Program-made: the position numbers and the translations under genes
Shown here: one piece after another, positions 13,850 to 26,582 of the stretch
Position numbering within the stretch: the stretch's first letter is position 1
How the letters are laid out: each line of letters starts with the position of its first letter
The notes under the pieces: generated by a model
The model's database searches: none
What the model was told of the DNA's origin: nothing
What the model saw: only the letters and a program-made list of their open reading frames with translations
DNA from: the human T2T-CHM13v2.0 reference genome, Homo sapiens
Reading direction: 5' to 3' (one strand)
DNA length: 64,000 nucleotides
Assembly (NCBI RefSeq): GCF_009914755.1
Contig: NC_060927.1

Positions 13850-14330
13850 TGTTTGTTTGTTTATTATAGAAGCAGTACATGCTTGTAACAGGTTGAAACA
13901 ATAAAAAATTTTTAAAAAAGGATTGCCATCCCTCACCCTAATTCTATCCATAGAGAATAAGGATGATGTACTGGTCCATAGAGAATAAGGATGGTGTACG
14001 TGTATATCTGTCTGTACAGCTTTGTACAACATATATATGTGTGTGTACATACATGTACATACATGTACACACATATATATGTGCTTATGTACTTTACAAC
14101 AGCTATAACAATACATATATAATCATTTAATAAAAATGAGATCAATACAACTTTTGTTTCTGTTGACATACATTGTAAACATCTTTTAATATCAGAACCT
14201 ACAGATCGGCCACATTTTCAGGAATATTCTTTATATGGATGCACCTTAATTCATCTATGCATCTCCCTACTGATGAACACTTAGGTTCCCCAGACTTTTG
14301 ATAATTAGTATCAGTGCTGCATTAACACCT
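13850..14330 (-). mobile_element. L1ME 3' end containing simple repeats
   Basis: ttattatagaagcagtacatgctt at one end and ccctactgatgaacacttaggtt...gtgctgcattaacacct at the other. Confidence 0.65.
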
Positions 14331-14332
14331 TT

Positions 14333-14605
14333 AACTCTGAAGTCAGACAGAGTTAGTTCAGGTTCTAGATACTCAATTACTTACTTTAGCAAGTTATTTA
14401 AACTCTCTGTGCCTCAATTTCCTGATTTGTTAAATGGGAATAAAATTGTTCTCACAGTGTTCCTATTAAAAAAGGCTAAATGAAGGAATACATATAAAGG
14501 CACCTAACATTATAATAATGATAGCTAACATTTATTGACTACTTACTATCAGCCAGGTACTGTGTGTAAACAAATACCAACTGTTTTATGCTTTAGTCTT
14601 ATAAC
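14333..14605. mobile_element. Two MIR fragments tail to tail (plus strand to about 14510, then minus strand)
   Basis: gcaagttatttaaactctctgtgcctcaatttcc, then atagctaacatttattgactacttactat. Confidence 0.7.
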
Positions 14606-14786
14606 ATATTTTTTTAATACCTGTAAAGGCATCATCACCATTAAAATGGCATTAGCTATTTCTATGCATTTACTCCTCCAATAAATTTTAAAATCAACTT
14701 TCCACCTACCTCTCATCAATATGACAAGTTTTTTTTTTTAATCCAGTTGGAATTCTAAAGGGTATCTCCACTTCTGAAGGTTGCCA

Positions 14787-14998
14787 GAGTAGAAAGACCC
14801 TTAAGCTTGAGTCAGAGAGAACTGAGTGTTCTTATGGTGTCCCTCCAAAGCCACGTGACCATAAGCAGTTCATTTAAACTCTCTGAGCAATTGCACTTTC
14901 CCTACCTGTAAATGGGAGGGTCAATCCTTACAGAAGTGGGGGGGATAGTATAAGAAAGCTGGAACGATGTCTGACAATAAATACTTAATAAGTGTGCT
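14787..14998 (+). mobile_element. MIR
   Basis: gagtcagagagaactgagt...tttaaactctctgagc...ctgtaaatggg. Confidence 0.6.
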
Positions 14999-16191
14999 TG
15001 CTTCTGAGGCAAGTGTTTTTAATTTATCTTCTGGTCCTTTGTCTTCAGCACCATTTTCAGTGGCAGCTCTAAGGTGATCTTTAGGGAAAAGAGTTTGAGA
15101 GTGAGAGCAGCGGTGAACATGCAGGATGAAGTTTAAGGCCCCCACTTCCTCTGCAAGGCAAGCTGAACATTTACAACCAGTGAAGATTAGCCAAGAGGGA
15201 GGAAAGGGAATTGGGACAAACATAGACTGTTCCATTGTGCAGGCATGTGCCACCAACCGTGGAGTGGACTTCCTGCTGCAGGACACAGCTGACCTTTGGA
15301 GAGTCACTGTCTGAGTGAGGCTGCCCTTTAGCAGGACAGAACACAGCTGTTGTTTGGATGTCAGAGGCTAGTTAATAACTGTGTTTGGCAATCAGCTTGG
15401 GATGTTAACAGCTTCTAGGTTTAAGGAAGGCCAGAAGAATAGTATGAAGGAAATCTTTGTGTTACCAACAGGTTCTTTGGTAATCTTTCTTTGAACAAAA
15501 ATTAACACTTCACAGCAGCTTTAAAAAGTATTAAGAGAACTCATAAAAGTCAGAGCAGATGTGCTGGAGATCACACTTCCAGAGCTCTCTGGGGAACTAT
15601 TTCTGGACTAACAAGTCCAACAAATGTGTTAATTCAGGTTGAGATTTCTAATGCAAATATTGACTCAATCTCAACCTTTGCAGTTAATTCTCCAACTCGA
15701 ATGTGTCCTTTCAGGATACCTTGCCTGTTTTCTTTCTTTATGCCTAATCATTTGCCTACCCTTCATTTTGAAGGTGGTTAGCAGGTGGTTGTTTAGTGGT
15801 CAGTTCTACATTCTTTCTCTAGGTCTCGATAATGTTTAGAGGAATAAGTATAAATATTCCTTGATTTTCTTAGTGGTATAATTGCGGAAAAGGAGGAAGA
15901 AGAGATAGCCAGGGCGGTATAGACCAGTATAAATGATTCTCAGTCTTAGAGCAGATTACAGAAAAGTAACTTCTTGCACACTATTCAGTATTAAAGAAAA
16001 AATGGGTGACAGATTGTTTTGTTGATTTTTCCCCCCAGCCCACATGATATTTTTAATTACTCTTAATTTTTAAATGTGTTTTGAAGTTTGTATGAATTGG
16101 TATGCAAACTGCTACGTGGCTAACCATTAGTATAAAATAAAAAGTTTTGACTAAAAGATAATGTAAAGGTAATGTAAACTTAATGTAAAGT

Positions 16192-17885
16192 TCACCTTCA
16201 TACTTGAAGGATATTTTCACTGGATATAGAATTCTGGGATGAAGTTCTGTTTTGTTTTAAGAGAAAAGATCTCACGGTGTCACCCAGGCTGGAGTATATA
16301 GTAGCACAATCGTAGCTCACTGCAGCCTTGAACTCCTGGGCTCAAGTGATTCACCTGCCTCAGCCTCTCGAGTAGCTCGGACTACAGGCACACACCACCT
16401 TATCCAGCTAACTTTAAAAAAAGTTATTTTTTTTTTTTGTAGAGACGAGAGTCTCGCTAGAGTCTCGCTATATTGCCCAGGCCGATCTCAAACTCTTAGC
16501 CTCAAGCAATTCTCCCACCTCCGCCTCCCAAAGCACTGGGATTACAGGCGTGAACCACCAGGCCCAGCCAAGTTTTTTTTTCCAAATGCTGTTATAACGA
16601 TCTCCTGGCATCCTTGGTTTCTGATTCAAAGTGAGTGGTCACTGGAATTATTGTTACTTTTATGTAATGTATAATTTTCCTTTGGCTACTTTCAAGATTT
16701 TCTACTCTTTATCTTTGGCTTTCTTTATGTTTATCTTGCTTAGACTTTATTGAACTTCTTAAATCTGTAAATTTAAAGACTTTGCAGCCATTAAAAAAAT
16801 ATGTTTTTTCTGTCCCATTCTCTCTCTCTTTGCCTTCTGGGACTATGGTTAAACCTATGGTAGACCTTTCAATGTTGTCCTACAGGTCTGAGGCTCTGTT
16901 CATTTATTTTCAATCTTTTTTCCTTTCTGTTCTTCAGATTGGATAATTTCTATGAATCTATCTTCAAGTTCACTGACCTTTTCTGTTATCACTATTCTGT
17001 TAAGCTCATCCAGTGATTTTTAAAATTTTTCACATATTATATTTTAAATTCTAGAACTTTCAGTTGGTTCTCTCTTATACTTTCTCTGCCAAGGTTTCCT
17101 ATATATTTCATATATTGCTTTATGCCATTGAGCACAATTATAATAGCTATTTTAAAAAATCTTATCTGCTAATTGCACCGTCTAGGTTATCTTGGATTCT
17201 CTATTGACTGTCTTTTTTCTTGAGGATGGGTTGCATTTTCCTATTTATTTGTATGTTAAATAATTTTGGATTGTATTTTGGACATTGTGCATATTACATT
17301 GTGGAGACTCTGGATTCTATTATATTCCTCTGTACAGGTTTTCCGGGAAGTGAGGGGTCGTTGTTTATTATTGTTTCTTTTGTTTTTTGCCATTGCCAAC
17401 ATTCAGCTTGGTTGAGCTAAAACCACAAACTCTGTCTCTGAATCGAGGCACTACCTCAATTCTCGGCTTAGTTATTTTATCCTTAGCTAGGTTGCTTAGC
17501 GTCTGCCCCATGCATGCATAGTTCAGTGGTCAGCCAAAGATTTGGGCAGTTTTTACATAGAATTTGGGGCTCTCCCTTTCTGGCTCTGTACTTTCTGGAT
17601 TCTCCCCTTTCACTTTGTAGTGGCTGTGATTGTCCCAAAGTCTGTCACCCAAGCACTACATGCTGTCTATTGGAGTTTTAGCCATGCAGCATGGCACTGG
17701 TGGCAGCCTGACACCAGGCTGAAAGCCATAAAACTGAAAAACATATCTAGATCTTTTTCCATTTTCCAAGTGTCATTCTCCCCGCTCTGAAATCTGCTTA
17801 CTGTCTATCTTTTTACAGTGCTTCCAGGTAGTTATTTTTTATATTTTGTTAATAGTTTATAGTTTTCTCCAGGAGAATCAGTCTA
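16192..17885 (-). mobile_element. Old L1M 5' region (ORF1 and 5' UTR), interrupted by AluJ
   Basis: ttgaaggatattttcactggatatagaattct, tcttcagattggataatttcta and tcttcaagttcactgac are antisense ORF1 phrases. Confidence 0.8.
16248..16569 (-). mobile_element. AluJ
   Basis: AluJ diagnostic gctcactgcagccttgaactcctgggctcaag; internal duplication agagtctcgct x2. Confidence 0.92.
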
Positions 17886-17891
17886 GGATGG

Positions 17892-18110
17892 AAAACCTAG
17901 TCTATGGTAGAGGAAAAATAATCAAAACAGTAGTTTCCTATAGAGAAGTAAGAGTTTTTACCCAGGTATATATATTTGTCAAAACTCAGTGAATGTACAC
18001 TTAAGATTTGGGCACTTCACTGAATGTAAATTTCACCTCAAAAAAAACTAATAGTGAACTGTAGTTAATGACAGGCGTATGTTTGAACATTTACAAAATA
18101 AAATATTGAG
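17892..18110 (+). mobile_element. L1MC-like 3' UTR fragment
   Basis: tttgtcaaaactcagtgaatgtacacttaagatttg...gtaaatttcacctcaaaa. Confidence 0.7.
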
Positions 18111-18234
18111 AAGAAAAAGTGAAGTAAAATTGTACTTTTTGATTCCATGTACACAGAATTCCTGAAATGCAGTTGGTTGAGGCTTCATTGGGATCTGCTT
18201 TTATAAACAGACAAGAAAAATGTGTTATGAACAC

Positions 18235-18688
18235 ATTTGTTCTCAGTTTCTTGAGCGCTCCTATAAACAAAGGGCTGTGGAATAATCAATCAGTAAGAAT
18301 CAGATGTTTTCCCTGCCTTCTGGAAACTTGCAGCCTAACGAAGGATATGATACAAACATACAAATGATTGAATGCAGAATTTGATACATCCTCTAAGAGA
18401 GGTACAGACGTGCTGGGGTGTTGTTCAGTAGAATAAGCGCATATTAGGTTTGAGGAGCCACGGAGGCTGCATGAAAGAGGGGTATCTTAAAACAGCAGGA
18501 CAGAGGGCATCACCAAGGGGGCGGAAGGATATCCAAGGTGCAGGAGTCTGTGTAGATGTTTAGAGTGATGTGAAAAAGAGCTAGAAAGGTAGGACCAGGG
18601 CCTTGAAAACCAATTTTGGGTTTTATTCAATAGATAGGTAGGAGACATCATGTCTTTCAGTGAGGTGGGAAGTGAATGCTTTAACATT
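18235..18688 (-). mobile_element. L2 fragment
   Basis: ttcttgagcgctcctat, ccctgccttctggaaacttgcagcct and cagggccttgaaaacca. Confidence 0.6.
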
Positions 18689-18691
18689 GTG

Positions 18692-19026
<335 letters not shown>

Positions 19027-20580
19027 TAGAAATGCAGGACTTTCAGGTGGGACCCTGCCCCCTCAGCCTCCTCTCCCCTTCACTGTGAGGCTTTATTTCA
19101 GACACATCCTCTTGGTAGAGGGCCCAGGCTGGCACTTTAATTTGAAGGAGTTAGACTAGAGGCTCTCCACAGTTCTTTCAGCTCAGCATTCTATGATCTG
19201 ATGGCTGCTTGAAAGAGTTGTTTCTTGCACAGATTAAATATTTCCTCTTGCAGTATTATTTTGCTCTGTTAGCCAACTCTTCTTCATAAAGTCTGGATTG
19301 TACTGTAAGATATACAGTAATACAGATTCGATATTCAGAGTGTCAGAACTCATGAGCTGTTGCTGTGTGGTGATGTTGTTTTTCACAGCTGTAACATTTT
19401 AAGCTATTGAACTTTCACGTTATGAAAAAAATGACTGTGCTGTTAAGCTAGATGGGGGCTATAGGGGGAAGCTTACCAAGTTTCTCATGAAGACCTAGTA
19501 GTTCTGCACATGTCGCAGGTAAGTCTGGATAATCCCAATTTATTTTACTTATTGATTTTTTTCCCAATTTAAAATGATACTCTTCACAGAATGCTTACGT
19601 CATTCTGCTAATTTCCAAATGCAAGTAGGATGTTAAAATTTTATGGGACAGTATAATTTCATTTCTTGAAAAGAAAATCTCTTACTGTATGAGTTTTTAG
19701 CCATCTTTCTATTATCTCTGATGTAGTAAGTGTGTTAATCTTTGTCTCAGAAATAAAAATCCCAAACAATGTATTGAACCATTGGGTGAGCGGTGAAAAG
19801 TTAACTTTTCATCTCTAAACATCCAGGCCTAGATGGACATCTGCTTGTGTGAAGAGTGAAGGCAGGATGCTGGAAAATTGTTATTTTCAGACCACTAGGG
19901 TCAAGCATCAGAAGTGAGAAAGGACTGATAAGCTGAAAAAGTTGTACGATATGGGAATGCAAACTTTTTGTGAGAAAAACAGAAAGAAAAGTAGCACAGA
20001 GCACTGCCATTAGTAAGTTTGCCATTGCCGTTGTGTGTGATAACTGGCTTAGACTTAGTTCCGGAAATCCAAGTGTGATTATTTTTGGAGTGCCGGTTAT
20101 ACACTAGAGAGCTCTGTCATAGAGAAAATGTGTTTATCTTTTATTCACTTTTCATCTTATTAGGGAGAAACCATGCCCTGACCTCATAAAAAGCATTTGA
20201 ACACAAAGCCACAACTCTTCAAGTGCCTCGTATATTTGTCATCTGAGAACTGGGCAAAGATGGTCAATATTCACATTTATTGCCGGAATGAGTCCAGAGT
20301 AATTTCAGAAGCACCAGGGTGTTTTACAAAGAAGGTCTTCTGTCAGGGAACCCCAGAATGAAAGATCTCAGATCAGAGCTGCTTCAAAGAGGTAAGGATG
20401 TACCCCTAGGCCCAGGCCCCAGTGAGAGGAGAAAGGTACTTCTTCGTGTTAGCTGGAAAATGAAGAGTGCTGCATCAGAGACTTTCTTCCATTTTAAGAA
20501 TACTGTACTGAAATGTATGCTTTCTGGCTGTTAGCAGACAGCATGTTTAAAAGCCACATATCATGTCCAAATAATAGCAA

Positions 20581-20663
20581 TATTAGGTTGGACCACGTTA
20601 AGTTGCTGTTTTGCAGGTAAAGAGAGTTCAAATATTAGCAATATCACATGGTTTAACCTAGCA
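20581..20663. mobile_element. MADE2 (mariner-derived ~80-bp MITE)
   Basis: Inverted termini TATTAGGTTGGACCAC...ATGGTTTAACCTAG; length and interior fit the recalled MADE2 consensus. Confidence 0.75.
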
Positions 20664-20664
20664 A

Positions 20665-20755
20665 TAGTAATAATAATATTACTAGTGCCATCTATTGAGT
20701 GCTTACTACGAGCCCCGTGCCAAGAGCTTTACACACATGATCTCATGTATTCCAT
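20665..20755 (-). mobile_element. MIR 3' end
   Basis: ccatctattgagtgcttacta...gctttacacacatgatctcat. Confidence 0.65.
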
Positions 20756-20794
20756 TTATAAAATGTTTTTTGTTGCTTGCTTGACTCACATTCT

Positions 20795-21452
20795 ATTTGG
20801 TCACTCAGCAGATATTTACTGAGGACCTGCTAATGTGCCAAGTAACATACAACAATGATATACAACAGAGTTCTTGCCCTCATATGCTTTACTATGTAGT
20901 GAGGAGGGCAGGCAATCACAAGTGAACCAAAAAATTAATTAATTACAGATTATGTAGGTCTAGGAAAGCTATAAATAGAGAACTGTGATAGAAAATATCA
21001 GGGTGGGCCTAGTTTTATGTGTGGTCAGAGAAGCCTCATATCTTATGGGGAGAGATACCATTAAGGAGCATTCTAGGCAGAGAAAACAGCAGGTGCCAAA
21101 GCCCTGCAACAGGAAAATGCTTGGCATGATCCAGGAGTCAACAGGATCCCAGTGAGTGAATGAGGAGGAAAGAAACTTGAGATAAACTTGGAAAAGTAAG
21201 CAGGATCAGGTCATATATGGAGAGCCATACCAGCCCTTCTGTTTTGGAAAAATAGAGTTTGCAATGTCTGTGGGACTTCCAGGGAGAAGTGCTAAGTAGG
21301 CAGTGATACCCTGGGCTGGAACCCAGAAGAGCAGTCTTGGCTGGAGATGTAAACTTGAGACCTACAAGCATATAGATGATATTTAAACTCATGGGAATGG
21401 AGGAGCTCACCTAGGGAGAGAGACTAAACATTCCTGAGGAATGCCATCTTTT
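20795..21452 (-). mobile_element. L2 (L2a-like) 3' region
   Basis: cactcagcagatatttactgaggacct, gagcattctaggcagag...gccaaagccctg and ggctggagatgtaaacttgaga. Confidence 0.8.
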
Positions 21453-21944
21453 AAATTGTAAAGTGACTTTTCATGCCTTCAGTAACTAGCCCATCCTAAA
21501 GCCAGAGATCATAGGAAATCTATTCCTGTGGGCCAAGGGGCCATGCTGCAGTCTGTAGCACATAACCACTCTTACCCACCACAAGGGTCTGGTTCAAGGA
21601 AAGCCCCATGTGCAGGAGCTGCCAACTCATAGCCTGAATTACGACCATCCTGTGGGCAGAGGCAAAAAACAGGAGCCAATCAGGCTGCTTCCTCTAGAGT
21701 TTGGCGTTGAGAAACTGAGAGACTGATGATGTGGTGGCAAGTGAGAATTCTGAGCTTAGAAAGTCAGAAGACACGCTCAAACTGAAGGCATGAGGATCAG
21801 AGAAGATAGCAGAGAAGAAAGTGAGGAGGCCAGGACATTGCAGATGCTCTCAAAAAAGCAAGGACTCAGAGGGAGCCTTGAGTCCCAAAGACTCTTCAAT
21901 TGCATTCACAGGCTATGTAGGCAGTTGCAATGGAGTATTGCAAA

Positions 21945-22215
21945 GTAGGTGTAGTTGTTAAAAGAATGGGCTCTGTAATTATACTTTTTGAACTCCTTAG
22001 CTTTGCTGCTTATCTCTAAATAACCTTAGATGAATTAGTTAACTTCTCTGGGTCTCAGTTTCCTCATCTGTAAAATGGAGATAATAATGGTACCTACAAG
22101 ATTATACTTGTTAAAAGCTTGGATCAGTGGGGAGACCATGAAGTAGGTCATGTCATTCCATTTTCCCTGTGAGAAGACTGAGACTCTGAGAGGTTAAACA
22201 ACTTGCCTGGGGCCT
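21945..22215. mobile_element. MIR (plus strand, to about 22125) followed by MIR (minus strand)
   Basis: aacttctctgggtctcagtttcctcatctgtaaaatggagataataat, then actgagactctgagaggttaaacaacttgcct. Confidence 0.75.
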
Positions 22216-22953
22216 TTAATCACAATGAAATATTGCCTCCCATGAAAATGAGAATTTTTGTTGCCTTTGAGCTTTATCACTGAATTACACCTTGGGTTAG
22301 AACCAAGGAAGGAAGTTCATGTCATCGTCACCATTCTTGAGAGGAAGGCTTGAGTGTGAGCGGGGAGGGAATGGAGCTGGAGATAGTGTAGCTGAGGATG
22401 TTACACATCTACTCAAATTGTGAAAATTGTTTGGCCGGACATAAGGCAATAGAATTAGGCTGAGGGAATATCTAATACGAAACATGTATACAACCCCTGA
22501 ACTGACATTATTCACAACTAGAACTAGCAATTCTTCAAATCAGCTTTCAAGTTTTAGGATAATATTTATAGGAGTTAGTAAGGGTCACATTTTGACAGTG
22601 AAGAAAATGTTTGGCTTCTATTGATACAAAGATTTGAAGAAAGAAAGGGAAAGTGTGACAGGTTGTGATATTGTTTGAAAAACTTATTTATAAGGACTTA
22701 TGGTTATTAAAGGAACTGTAGAAATCTTATGAAATATAGAAAACGATAAAGATAAGTCATCCATAATATTGTTAACCATCATTGGCTTTTTAAGAGCTTT
22801 CTTGCCTTTTAATTTCTTATATATGTATATGGATAAATATCATGAGGAGACCATGGAACCTATCTCACATATATAGCTTAATATGCCAGCTGTTTTTTAA
22901 GGTACCATGAGAATTTTTACATGTCATTAAAAGTCCTTAGAGAACATAATACT

Positions 22954-23259
22954 TATTTTTATTATTATTATTATTTTTTTAGACGAAGTCTCGCTCTGTT
23001 GCCCAGGCTGGAGTGCAGTGGCACAATCTCGGCTTACTGCAACCTCCGTCTCCCAATTCAAGCAATTCTCCTGCCTCAGTCTCTCTAGTAGCCAGGATTA
23101 CAGGCACATATCACCACGCCGGCTAATTTTTGTATTTATAGTAGAGACGGGGTTTCACCATGTTGGCCAGGCTGGTCTCAAACTCCTGACCTCAGGTGAT
23201 CTGCCTGCCTCAGCCTCCCAAAGTGCTGGGATTACAGGTGTGAGCCACCACGTACAGCC
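22954..23259 (-). mobile_element. AluSx-like
   Basis: Full antisense Alu with ctcctgacctcaggtgatc; TSD gagaacataata / gagaacatcata. Confidence 0.95.
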
Positions 23260-23936
23260 TGAGAACATCATATTTAATGACTACAGAATATTAGTAATCA
23301 TTAGTAGTCTGGGCAGGAAGAGAAATGTGTGAGTTTGCCAGAGTGCCTGATGCTCCCAGCTGGACCTGCTCAGCCCCCATCTCAGGGCCTCTGCCTTTCT
23401 GTGTATGCTCCAAAGGGACCTGGGTCCAGGTCAAGAACAGGAAGGGAGAACTCAGATCCACTGATCATGCCAGGGTTCACTCTGGCCTCTGTGTCTGTGC
23501 TGTTCTTCCCAGGGGGACAGGCAGCTCTCTGGGAATGGTAGTCCATCTCATTACACAACCCCTCTGCTCCCAGTCACTCCATAAACCAAAAAACCTAGCC
23601 CTTCCTCATTCTCCCTTCCTCAGAAACAGAGACACCTCTTTGTGAGTTCCCAAATTTTCTCTATTGTCTAAGGCACTAAAACAGATGAGCAATTAGTGGC
23701 TTAGACCTAATAATAGTAATACTTGACCTAAATAACAATGGCTCATATTTATTGTGCATTTACTATGATATGTCATGTGCTTTACCTGCAGCATCTTGTT
23801 ACTTTGCAGACCTCTTGCTTTGAGAGCAGGAGGTGGTACCATCCAATGGAAATATGCAGAGAAGGCTCTAGAGTTGAACAGACCTTGGTTAGATCTGCAG
23901 CTCTGCCATTTACCAGCAACTCTGTGACTTAGGCAG

Positions 23937-24415
23937 GTGTATGCAACCAGAAAGGTATTGAGCTACACAAAAATCAGAAAACCCAACCACAAGTAGCTTA
24001 AATATGTAGGTAGTTATCTTTCTGACATAGTGAGAATTCTGGATGGAATCAGTCCAGGCTGATATGGTGACATCAGGGACTCATCTCTTATCTTCCTGCC
24101 TATACTATCCTTGGTATGTGGCTTTCATCTTCGTGGTTGCGAGATGGCTGCTGCATTCTGAGGCCTCTCCTCTGAGGGGTCCAAGCAGGAGGAAAAAGTA
24201 GAGAAGGAGGAAGGAGCAATTCCTATTTCAGAAGAGCAAATGCTGTTCTTGAAACTCTCAGCTTATATGTCAGGCCAGGACTATGTCTCATCGTCACCTA
24301 TCTGTAAGCCAGGGAAAAGCTTTAGGTGGGCACATTGCCATCCCTAAGGAATCAGAGTTCTATTAGGAAGGGAGAAGAGTGCGTGTTTGATGGGTCAGTG
24401 GCCATCAGTGTCTAT
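23937..24415 (-). mobile_element. Old MLT1 (J/K/L-type) LTR inserted in a MIR
   Basis: cagaaaacccaacc...gcttaaa and ggttgcgagatggctgctgca; the MIR core is split as ctgtgacttaggc | caagtcattgcatttctttgaagctcagtttcctc. Confidence 0.7.
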
Positions 24416-25056
24416 GCCAGCAAGTCATTGCATTTCTTTGAAGCTCAGTTTCCTCTGGTAATAATATCTCCCTATTCTAGTCAGGCTCTTTCAACCTGCA
24501 AGAGGTTACCTAGTTTGCCCCAGGGGATGGGAGCTCCTTGTGAAGATCTCTAAGGACATAGGGAAACTTGGTATGGGTCACAGCAACAAATAGTCCGTTT
24601 TCCATGGGTCTCTGTACTTCCCAGCAGGCCTGTGGGCACCTCATTGTTCAGGATGTGCCAGGAGTCTTCCTAGGTACCTCCCATCATGCCATCATTTTAG
24701 AATTGGGCATCCATGGCTCCCCTCCCTAGGGATTCCTCCAGATGTGGAAAGCTAATCTCTTTGCCCGCTTCTTCCTCTTGTTTCTCCTTCTCTGTCTGTA
24801 TTCTCACCCCAACTGCTGTCTCTGCTGCTTCTGCTGCATCTCACATTCAAACCCCCCACAAGGAGGCAACATCTTGGGTGGGTCAGTGGCCTCCCACTGA
24901 ACAACACTGCAGTTAGACAGAGTCTTACACCAGCCTGCCCCAGGGGTCACCGGTCACCCGTTAACTACAGGACACATTGTGGCTGCTTTCCTCAACACAG
25001 GCCTGTGGCTGTGGCAAGTGCTCACTGGATCCCACATCCTCTCCAATACGTTACTC

Positions 25057-25175
25057 AGAGAGTTTCAGATGCACAGTATTGCACAACTCTAGGGGGCAAC
25101 ATCTACAGTGAAAGGTATGTGAGCTGTGCTCCAAGAAACACCGTTCTGAAGTTGAATAACATGGTGGTGCTGGTC
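25057..25175. mobile_element. MER91-like hAT-Tip100 MITE remnant
   Basis: tgcacaactctagggggcaacat matches the recalled MER91 arm tgcacaactctagggggcgccat. Confidence 0.55.
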
Positions 25176-26582
25176 CCAGGTGGGCTTCAGTTGTTTGAGA
25201 CTGTTTGAGGCTCTTTGAGATGGTGGTGGGCTTCTCATTATCTGGCAGCTAGAGAGCCAAGCACAGGCCTTGGCCTACTGGTATACTAAGCCAAGGGTAA
25301 GGGCACAGTGGAGAGTATGCGTTCTATGAAAAGATGGAGGAGAGGACTTGGGAAGGGGCAGCCGGTCCGATTGCTGGAATTCCTGAGGCAGACTTTGTTG
25401 TTAGAAAAGGAGGCTGCTGTTAGCTACACCTCTCATTCCTAGCTAGTAAGAGGTGAAGGACAGTTGTCAGGACAAATGAGGGAATATGTATGCACATACT
25501 TTGAAACAGCGATCCATTTGAGAGGCCTTCTTGTTGCTGTTATTACAGCTGCTGCTGCAGCAAAACAGCTTTGAACCCTGAGGTATGAGGCTGATTTTGG
25601 AAGCTGGGGCAGGGGGTGGGAGAGATTCTGGTAACACAGGATGTGTGAACTTATGTTCATTGACCAGGACCTGAGCAGGACTGATGAATAAGGGTCTTCT
25701 GTCTCCTCAGTAGTGGCTTTAGGTTATTGTGTAATTCTTGGGACCTTAGGGTCAAACAAGGATGTCCTTGCTATCACAAGGGTTATCACAAACATGTCCA
25801 GGCAGACAGTCAGCAAAGGATGTACTGCACCTGCCACACCCCTGCCAGACTCCTCTCAATTTGAGCTGTGAGGTGACTTCATAGTAACAGGCACAAGCTC
25901 AGAGCTTCTTGGGGACAAAAGCCCAGGAGTCCCTCTTCTTGTCCACCTTGCATTTCTACTCTTCCCCAGAGAAGCTACAATGGGTCAAGCGACTACCACT
26001 GTCAGGACAGGGTTCCTGCCAAGTCCATGTGCAGTTGCTTCTGGCTGGTACCAGGTCACCAGGCCAGCCTTTACTGCCGCTGCCACCAAGTTACTGACTT
26101 ATTCAAGCAGTTCATGCAGTGGCTATTACAGTGTAAGCAGAAAATAACCAAGATGGCACTCCCCTCCTCACAGGATCCCTGCTGCACACTCTTGTGGCTT
26201 CAGGACTTCTCCTTCAACCTGTCCAAGGCTGGAAGGCAGGATAGTAAATCGTAACATGAAGAATTCTATAGGATAAAGTTGGCTCTGTGGGCTGGCTGCC
26301 TGTCAGACTGCCAGCAGAACAGAGCAGCCTTTCACTGAAACTTTGAACTTAATTATGTGACATTTGCACCTGAAGCAGAGAAGCAAGCCAGATTGCTGAG
26401 AAGAGCCAAGCTGGTTAGGGTTCTTTTCTTGGCTATTTAGCACCAGTTCCCTTTGAGGAAGGGTCTGCACTTGGCCCCTTCTTAGGCATCCAGGAGAAGG
26501 AGGAGTGGGGCACTCTATCAGGCATTGAGGAAAGGACCCGCCCAGTGGATGGAAGACCCTAGGGTACTGATCTCACCTGAGA

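Noticed and set aside
15645-15667. Octamer ATGCAAAT next to AP-1 TGACTCA
   Set aside because: Short motifs are expected by chance, and the flank does not match the SOX half of the OCT-SOX composite well.
21490-21900. LTR-like segment with CCAAT (similar doubts at 24470-24950 and 39990-40330)
   Set aside because: Probably very old ERVL/MaLR remnants, but I could not assign termini or a family with confidence.
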